DNA from: Allobaculum fili
GTDB lineage: Bacteria > Bacillota_I > Bacilli_A > Erysipelotrichales > Erysipelotrichaceae
Length of the DNA: 8,428 bases
Assembly (NCBI RefSeq): GCF_020969955.1
Contig: NZ_JAHDSX010000065.1
Coordinates: forward strand, 1 to 8,428
Direction: 5' to 3'
A program made the translations under genes and the position numbers. The notes below the pieces were generated by a model that saw only the letters and a list, made by a program, of their open reading frames with translations, was not told where the DNA came from and did not search any database. This document shows positions 1 to 6,100 of the stretch, in pieces; positions within the stretch are counted from its first letter, which is position 1, and each line of letters opens with the position of its first letter.

Positions 1-360
1 ACGAGTAGAGCGAAATTTGGAAAGAAGAGAGGGATCGATAATCTTCGTCTCTTCAGGATCCAGACCAAGAAAGAACTTCATTTCGAGGTCGAAGGTTGCC
101 TTATGGATCAAATCACGATCGGAGAGCTCGTGAGCGGCTTTAAGAAGCAAAAGCTTAAGCATAAATTCAGGATCGACCGCCGTTCTTCCATAATCCTGTG
201 TATAGTTCTCGCCAACGATATCCCGAATAAAGGAAAAATCGACATTTTCCTTAAGCATTCGCCAGAAGTTCGTTTTGGGAATCAAAATGTCGTAAAGATC
301 AAGGTAAGGGCTGTAGCTAAGAGTCAGAGTATTCGAGTTATTCAACATAAACTTCGTCAT
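1..360 (-). CDS. IS5/IS1182-superfamily DDE transposase, N-terminal 120 codons only (gene continues beyond the left edge)
   Basis: This is not in the supplied ORF track because it has no in-window stop. The reverse complement of 1..360 is open from the ATG (complement of 358..360) and reads MTKFMLNNSNTLTLSYSPYLDLYDILIPKTNFWRMLKENVDFSFIRDIVGENYTQDYGRTAVDPEFMLKLLLLKAAHELSDRDLIHKATFDLEMKFFLGLDPEETKIIDPSLLSKFRSTR. The pattern GR.A.DP..MLK.LLL....LSDR.L...(FLGL)...DPS.LSKFR is the InsH-N-terminal (DUF772) module of IS5/IS1182-type transposases. The + strand ORF 103..378 is its antisense shadow. The RBS is weak (only AGG directly before the ATG). Confidence 0.85.
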   Translation of the reverse strand, partial: MTKFMLNNSNTLTLSYSPYLDLYDILIPKTNFWRMLKENVDFSFIRDIVGENYTQDYGRTAVDPEFMLKLLLLKAAHELSDRDLIHKATFDLEMKFFLGLDPEETKIIDPSLLSKFRSTR

Positions 361-415
361 CCTATAAATATTATATAATAAAATCAATTTTAAATATTAA
401 TAAATTCGATCATCG
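1..415 (-). mobile_element. End of an insertion sequence (IS5/IS1182 type); the outer boundary is not resolved
   Basis: The transposase 5' end lies at 360. It is followed outward by a very AT-rich 361..~415 stretch (cctataaatattatataataaaatcaattttaaatattaataaattcgat) that differs in composition from the flanking host sequence. The terminal inverted repeat cannot be identified without the other IS end, so coordinate 415 is a guess. Confidence 0.4.
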
Positions 416-430
416 GTGCGGATACTTCAG

Positions 431-477
431 ACAAATAAAAATTCCGACATACAATTTACTTATGTATGTCGGAATTT
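431..477 (-). terminator. Rho-independent terminator downstream of the RibD_C-family gene
   Basis: There is a perfect 15-bp stem, aaattccgacataca (439..453) / tgtatgtcggaattt (463..477), with a 9-nt loop. Read on the - strand, the stem runs straight into TTTTTATTTGT. Confidence 0.6.
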
Positions 478-577
478 AAAGAGACTTTTTCAGCAGCCTC
501 ATGGAAAATCCGTTTTTTTTATTGGAATGGGTAACATCCGCTTCATCAGCAGGAAGCGGATCGAACTGTTCCTTTCC

Positions 578-1257
578 TTACCGGAATGTGTAGCGCAGCC
601 AGATGGCTCCGTCTGGATAGGACTGGACATGATCGAGATGAAGCTTGAAAGGTTTTCGATCCATGGGAAGTCCGTCAAATACAGCCCGCATTCCATTGTG
701 GCCGTCGATGGCCGGTCCAAGAAGGATGCTTACTTCATCAAGCAGTCCCGCATCCAGAAAGGCGCCATTAATCGTACCGCCGCCAACGACTACCATCCGT
801 CCTACATGGAATTCGTCTTTGAGAATTTCGCAGACGCGCGGCAGATGGATCCGGTCTTTTCCGCAGGCAATCCAGGAAATATTTTCGAATCGAGATCGTC
901 CAGATAATCTTTCCTCCCCTGTTCAGAGACCACAATCAGCAGGGGATCTTCCAGATCTTTCGCTTTCGGCCAGAGCAGCGTTCCGTGGGTATCGAGGACG
1001 ATTTCATAATGATCTGTGGTCTGGTTTTTGGAAAAGGCAGTTTTACCGATGGACGGTGCATCTTTTGCGCTCTCAAATTTTCCAGGCAGAGCCATTTCCA
1101 GTTCGGCAGTCACCCGTCCGCTCACATGTGAAGGGGTGTCTAGAGCCTCGAGCGTTTCATAATATTCGTCCGAACCGTCAATGGAGGCGGTAATGGCACA
1201 GTCGATGCGTCCATCGAGGGACATCATCATATGGCAGAGGATATAGGGCTTGTTCAT
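578..1257 (-). pseudogene. RibD C-terminal domain / dihydrofolate reductase family protein, interrupted by a -1 nt frameshift (or a homopolymer sequencing error)
   Basis: ORF 802..1326 has its plausible start MNKPYILCHMMMSLDGRIDC at 1257, preceded by AAGGAGAAAGAA. ORF 578..796 (MVVVGGGTINGAFLDAGLLDEVSILLGPAIDG...) is the N- and C-part of one RibD_C-type reductase. Upstream of M796, the frame of the second ORF stays open and reads ...NISWIACGKDRIHLPRVCEILKDEFHVGRMVVVGGG, which continues ...LLIVVSEQGRKDYLDDLDSK of the first ORF. The two frames meet at the - strand run tcgAAAAtatt (T4 at 882..885 on +). One extra A would give ...DSKNISWIACGK... and a 226-aa product. Confidence 0.8.
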
Positions 1258-1456
1258 TTCTTTCTCCTTGTCTTTGATCTTTTCTCCGGATCCGTCGGAT
1301 CTGCATCTTCCCGAGAGGGAATACAAAGCCGGTTTCGATCGCAGAGAGTTTTCCTTATCTATATCGTACGACCTGAAGCTTGCTTCAGGTCAAGCACGGT
1401 CTATCTGGCTGCCGCAAACTGATCAAAGGGGAAATGACTTACGCGGATATGTATCC

Positions 1457-1496
1457 AAAGAAAAGAAAACTCCTCCGGATTGGAGGGCCAGAGGAG
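1457..1496 (-). terminator. Rho-independent terminator of cysK
   Basis: The - strand RNA reads CUCCUCUGGCCCUCCAAUCCGGAGGAG followed by UUUUCUUUUCUUU. Two stems are possible: CUCCUC/GAGGAG (1491..1496 with 1470..1475) or an inner CCUCC/GGAGG hairpin (1472..1486). It lies 113 nt after the cysK stop. Confidence 0.65.
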
Positions 1497-1515
1497 CAGA
1501 GACGAAAATTGAAAG

Positions 1516-1555
1516 TATGGATAAAAGTAATTTGGATAAATAAGGTTTTGGATAA
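1516..1555 (-). repeat. Three same-orientation DnaA-box-like 9-mers (8/9 matches to TTATCCACA)
   Basis: On the - strand: TTATCCATA (1516..1524), TTATCCAAA (1531..1539) and TTATCCAAA (1547..1555), spaced 15 and 16 bp. On the + strand, tggatt tggatt follows at 1560..1570. A GTATCCAAA in the opposite orientation lies at 1451..1459. Confidence 0.3.
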
Positions 1556-1608
1556 GGAATGGATTGGATTCGTTTAGAACTCTGGTGATGCGAGATTTCA
1601 AACAGGGA

Positions 1609-2544
1609 TCAGGCGTCTGGATACAGATCGGTAGAGAGGTAGCGGTCTCCGCTGTCCGGCAGCAGAGCAACAATTGTCTTGCCTTTGTTTTCCGGACGGC
1701 TGGCTACCTGTTTGGCTGCCCATAATGCGGCACCAGAAGAAATACCGGTCAGCAGGCCTTCTTTCGCGGCCAGTTCCCGTGCACTGTCATAGGCGGCCTC
1801 GTTGGAGACTTCGATCAATTCGTCATAAATGTCACGGTCGAGCGTTTCTGGGACAAAGCCGGCGCCGATGCCCTGAATTTTGTGAGGACCGGGCTTTCCG
1901 CCAGCCAGTACAGGCGATCCCGAAGGTTCGAGAGCGATGATCTGGATATCCGGATTTTTTTCCTTGAGGTATTTGCCGGTACCGGAGATCGTTCCGCCTG
2001 TACCTACGCCGGAAATGAAGATGTCGACTTTGCCGTCGGTATCTTCCCAGATTTCCGGACCCGTGTGTTCGTAATGCGCTTTTGGATTAGATGGATTGTC
2101 AAACTGATCCGGCATGAAGCTGTTCGGAATTTCCTTGAGCAGTTCTGCGGCTTTGGCAATGGCGCCTTTTGTACCCTGAGCACCGGGCGTTAAAACGACC
2201 TGGGCGCCGAACGCTTTCATGAGCTGACGGCGTTCTTTGGACATCGAGTCCGGAAGAACGATAATCGTCGGATAGCCTTTGGCAGCCGCGATGGCGGCCA
2301 GGCCGATTCCGGTATTGCCGGAGGTCGGTTCAATGATGGTTGTGCCAGGTTTGAGGCGGCCGTCTTTTTCGGCATCTTCAATCATCTTGCGCGCAATTCG
2401 GTCTTTGACAGATCCCGAGGGATTAAAATACTCCACTTTGGCGAGAATTTTTGCATCCAGGCCGTTCTCTTTTTCGATGTGCGTGAGTTCAACGAGCGGG
2501 GTGTGTCCGACCAGCTGATCGGCAGCGGTATAGATCTTGGACAT
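1609..2544 (-). CDS. cysK: Cysteine synthase A (O-acetylserine sulfhydrylase), PLP-dependent
   Basis: The 311-aa ORF carries the PLP-lysine motif [11 protein letters not shown], the substrate loop [10 protein letters not shown], the phosphate loop [10 protein letters not shown], and a length typical of CysK. The RBS AAGGAGG lies 8 nt upstream of the ATG at 2544. Confidence 0.96.
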   Translation of the reverse strand: MSKIYTAADQLVGHTPLVELTHIEKENGLDAKILAKVEYFNPSGSVKDRIARKMIEDAEKDGRLKPGTTIIEPTSGNTGIGLAAIAAAKGYPTIIVLPDSMSKERRQLMKAFGAQVVLTPGAQGTKGAIAKAAELLKEIPNSFMPDQFDNPSNPKAHYEHTGPEIWEDTDGKVDIFISGVGTGGTISGTGKYLKEKNPDIQIIALEPSGSPVLAGGKPGPHKIQGIGAGFVPETLDRDIYDELIEVSNEAAYDSARELAAKEGLLTGISSGAALWAAKQVASRPENKGKTIVALLPDSGDRYLSTDLYPDA

Positions 2545-2577
2545 AGCGGGGGTCCTCCTTCTGAACAGGTTTCAAAC

Positions 2578-2603
2578 CGTTCCTGTATGTCGTTCCTGTA
2601 TGT
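2578..2603. repeat. Perfect tandem duplication of a 13-mer in the cysK leader
   Basis: cgttcctgtatgt occurs at 2578..2590 and again at 2591..2603 (ACATACAGGAACG x2 on the cysK strand). This is 34-59 nt upstream of the cysK ATG. Confidence 0.9.
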
Positions 2604-2678
2604 ATGGTTACGGATTTTGTGCATGGAATGAATTGACATGCCCAAATCTTCAATCCGATCGAAAACGAGCATGGCGCA

Positions 2679-2707
2679 AGCATAATCCAATAAACCTACT
2701 AAATCAA
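2679..2707 (-). promoter_or_regulatory. Candidate sigma-A type promoter of cysK
   Basis: On the - strand: TTGATT (2707..2702), a 17-nt spacer, then TATGCT (2684..2679). This would give a leader of roughly 125 nt. It is a sequence match only, with no transcript data. Confidence 0.35.
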
Positions 2708-2716
2708 TAGGTTTAT
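2690..2716. promoter_or_regulatory. 27-bp dyad (perfect 9-bp arms, 9-bp spacer) overlapping the predicted cysK -35; candidate operator
   Basis: ATAAACCTA (2690..2698), ctaaatcaa, TAGGTTTAT (2708..2716). The spacer contains the -35 hexamer complement aatcaa. Confidence 0.3.
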
Positions 2717-3108
2717 AAAAGGCTGGTTTGTTTTAATAAAAAACGCTTAAGAAAATCCGAAAGAAAGCGAATTCCAGAAAATGCAAAAAAAAGCCCAGTT
2801 TAAGGGATATAAAACATAAAACGGACGAAGCTTTCGCTTTAAAAACGTTTGACAGGTAAAGGAAGGGTTGAAGGAAGAAAAATGGTCGGTCCAACAGGAA
2901 AAATTAAAATATATCAACAGAAGCATTTTTTATACACCGAAAAGCGGATGAAAACGCCTTCAAAAAAGTTTATCCTATCTTTATACCTATCATTTCGGCT
3001 GGATCATCGGGCACTTCTGACCGAAATGGGACAGTTCTGTTTCTTCTCAACGATTAGGGCAAGTCTGAAGGAGGGGGCAGAACCGGATATCAAAGGAAAG
3101 GAAACTTC

Positions 3109-3195
3109 ATGAAAAAACGAATCTGTTCCGTCCTTCTGGCTGCAGCACTCGCCATGCCTTCCGTAATGCCGTCCTACACACTCACGGCATTCGCG
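3109..3195 (+). other. Sec signal peptide (29 aa, A-F-A cleavage site)
   Basis: The peptide has a basic N-terminus (MKKR), a hydrophobic core (ICSVLLAAALAMPSVM) and an AFA|QEQ cleavage site. There is no lipobox around Cys6. Confidence 0.8.
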
Positions 3196-6100
3196 CAAGA
3201 GCAGAACGAAACTGCGCCGCAGGCGGATACAACTCTGCTGTACAGCCATGACGATCTGGTCACACTCAATAACGGGGACAATCCTCTTACCGTCACGGAT
3301 GTTGCGGAACTCGCGAAATTTGCTGCACTCGAAAGCTTCACCTTTGAAACGAGCTTTACCTGCACCAATGCGCTTTCTACCGTGTTCTTTATCGGCAATT
3401 CTTCCCAGAACTCGCACTATATGAACGTCTTTGTGACGAATGGCGGTACCGTGGGCATCGAAACCCTGACAGCCAGCGGTCAGAAACCAGTCGATACAAG
3501 AGTGGCACTCACGAACACAAGCTTTGGTGAAGAACATCTCCTTGCGGTTTCGTTCGATGCAAAATCGACGGTGAAATTTTATATCGACGGAAAACTGGTT
3601 CATTCCGCGAATGTAACTGCGAACGCGGTTAAGGATGTTCTCAGCGGTGTCGACTACGTTGGATTTGGCAAGGGAAATCGCGCAAGCGGAGGAAACAACT
3701 ATCCGATGAGCGGAACGCTGAAAAATATCCGCGTTTACTCGGATGCAAGATCCGGAGAGCAGATCATTCAGGATCAGCTTGGAAACCTCGCAACTACTGC
3801 CTATTCCGGCGGTTCTGTCTATGATGCGAACGCTGCCAGAAAGACGGATACGAGCACGGAAAGTATTGATTCCCTTAAGGATATGACCGAAGGCACCTGG
3901 GCGGTACGCTTCCGCATGGACGGATCCAAAACGAATGGACTGAGCTATCTGGCTTCCTTCTCTCAGGGAAGCGTCCGGGATAATTTTGTCTCTCTGTACC
4001 TTCACTACTACAACAATGAATGGCGTGCCGGAATTGATGCACCAGGCAAGAATATCGGCGCATATAAAGTCATTCCTGACACAATCAACGTAACGGATCA
4101 GCACTGGCACGATCTGATCGCAGTTCGCTCCGGAAATAACTGGACATTCTATCTTGATGGACAGTCTCTGGGAACGGCATCCAGCACAGATGCAGGCTGG
4201 TTTAATAAGATCACTGCCCCCGATACGATTTCGTACGGTTTCTGCAAGAGATCTCAGGCAGACATCATGAACCCGTTTGGCGGATCGATTGAAAGCATAA
4301 AGGTTTATCCGGGAGTTCTGAACGCAATAGAAGCTCAGCTCGCTTCAGAAAGTCTTTCCCTTTCTGGGCAGACTACCGTTAAGGACGGCTATCTGTCCGA
4401 TAAGACAACACTGTTTGAAGTCGGCTATGACAAATCTGCAGCTTATCGTATTCCTTCGCTGATTACGACCGACAAGGGTACCGTGATCGCGGGTATTGAT
4501 AAACGAAACGACGGCTTTGCCGACCAGGGAAATATCGACCTGGCCATTCGTCGTAAAGAAAGCGGCAGTACGGAATTTGATGATCCGATTATTATCAGCG
4601 ACCTGCTTAAAAAGCAGGGCGGAAAATCCGCAGTTATGATCGACTCTCTGATGATGCAGGATCTCGACGAAGATTCGCCGCACAAAGGACGCATCCATCT
4701 GCTGGTCGACATGTTTACCCAGTCCAACGCAGCGATGGAATCTGGAAACCAGGAAAACGGCGACCAGTATCTTCATATTGGAAACAACGCTTACAGAGCG
4801 GTTTATAAAGACGGGGAATCACAGCCCTACGCAGTCGTTGAAGAAGACGGCTACGGTATCGTCTATACGACTACCGGAAGCGGCGATTCCATTCAGCTCG
4901 GTACAAAGACGGACTACACCGTAACGCTTCATGGACCGCAGCCGTTTACAACGCTTGGAAACCTGTACAAAAACGGAGAATACGCCGGCAATATCTTCAT
5001 GAACGAAGACGGCCCAGACAAGGGCGAACTGCATATGAAGAAACATATGAGCATCTGGCATTTCTATTCCGATGATGACGGCAAGACCTGGTCTGAACCG
5101 CAGAACATTACGCCAATGGCCAAGGAATCCTGGATGACATTCTTCGGAACCGGCCCCGGCCGCGGTCTGCAGCTGACGAATGGCCGTCTGGTAGCACCAA
5201 TCTATACCGCAACGAAAAATAACTTTGGCGGTTCGCAGTATTCCGCCACAATCGTATCGGATGACTTTGGCGAAACCTGGAAGCTGAAAAATTCTCCAGT
5301 ACAGGACGTATGGGGATATGACCGTTCTCAGGGTAACGGAAACATCTTAACCGAAGCCCAGTGCGTTCAGCTTAAGAACAGCGACGTGCTGATGTTCATG
5401 CGGGCTACCGGAGGCAAAGTGAAAGTGGCCCGTTCCACAGACAACTGCGAAAGCTGGGAATCGATCGAAGATACTCCGATCGCCAACGTATACTGCCAGC
5501 TTTCTGCCATCAGCTATACCGGTAAAGACGGCAAGGAACGCGTAATGATCGCTACACCGGCCGGACCTGCCCGTACGCATGGCGTAGTCACCGTCGGCGA
5601 AGTTCAGGAAGACGGTTCGATCGATTGGCAGATCGATAAAGCCAAACTAATGGAGCCCACGGGTTACGCTTATTCCTGCCTGACCGAAATCGCTCCGGCA
5701 GAAGATGGAACCAAGCGCTTTGCGAACTTCTATGAGCTGAATAACGATCCAATCGTTATGACCTATGTGGAATTCGATGAAAATTATCTGTATTCCGACG
5801 AAGAAGCGATCGAAAACAAGGCACCGGAACTGACCTTCACTTCTGCGAAGATGGTCGATGGAAAACTCGTTGTCGAAGCTTCGGCGGATCAGACCGTATT
5901 TGCGGCAGGCGATGTGAAACTGCAGGTCAGCTGCGAAGACGAAACTGCAGAACTTGCCCTCAAGTCGGGAAGCGGTTCGACTTCTCTCGTTTTTGAAGGC
6001 GATATCCCATCTGACTGGACGTATGCGAGCGCCGATTCTCTCAAAGAAGGCGCTGAACTGAGCAACGTATACGGTAAAGCCGCAGTGATGACAAAGCAGG

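Noticed and set aside
103-378. + strand 91-aa ORF at the left edge.
   Set aside because: It is antisense to an open frame with a clear DUF772 transposase signature, and it has no RBS or motif of its own.
416-1193. + strand ORFs 416..907 (163 aa) and 645..1193 (182 aa), plus 499..720 (-).
   Set aside because: They overlap the RibD_C-family gene on the other strand or frame, have no family motifs, and 416..907 runs through a terminator hairpin. They are shadow ORFs.
1451-1570. Calling this region a replication origin (oriC).
   Set aside because: No dnaA or dnaN is nearby, there is no consensus-perfect DnaA box and no adjacent AT-rich unwinding element, and the boxes sit inside a transcribed 3' UTR. 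I kept it only as a DnaA-box-like cluster.
1231-1673. Small ORFs in the cysK-reductase intergenic region (1231..1422, 1250..1543, 1380..1577 on +; 1401..1673 on -).
   Set aside because: They cross terminator and hairpin structures, are mutually overlapping, low-complexity and lack RBSs. The region is better explained as a 3' UTR plus leader.
1674-2690. ORFs overlapping cysK (1674..1940, 1882..2193, 2279..2518 on +; 2382..2690, 2489..2683 on -).
   Set aside because: These are alternative frames or the opposite strand of a gene with definitive CysK motifs. The products are Arg/Pro-rich with no motifs.
2545-2700. A T-box or S-box (SAM-I) riboswitch upstream of cysK, since these control sulfur and cysteine genes in Firmicutes.
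   Set aside because: The predicted leader is only about 125 nt. I see no T-box sequence (AGGGTGGTACCGCG-like block), no specifier/antiterminator layout, no SAM-I conserved core and no leader terminator hairpin with a T-run.
3004-4110. A 368-aa ORF on the - strand overlapping the sialidase 5' third; strikingly long for an antisense frame.
   Set aside because: Its codons are in exact register with the sense codons, so it stays open simply because the sialidase avoids TTA, CTA and TCA codons over this stretch. The product is Arg/Cys/Ile/Ser-rich with no motif, start context or RBS. The sense frame carries unambiguous sialidase, lectin and signal-peptide features. The shorter antisense ORFs 3174..3398, 3875..4063, 4345..4776, 4443..4727, 4819..5061, 5347..5580, 5647..6126, 6250..6441, 6495..6695 and 6803..6994 are rejected for the same reason.
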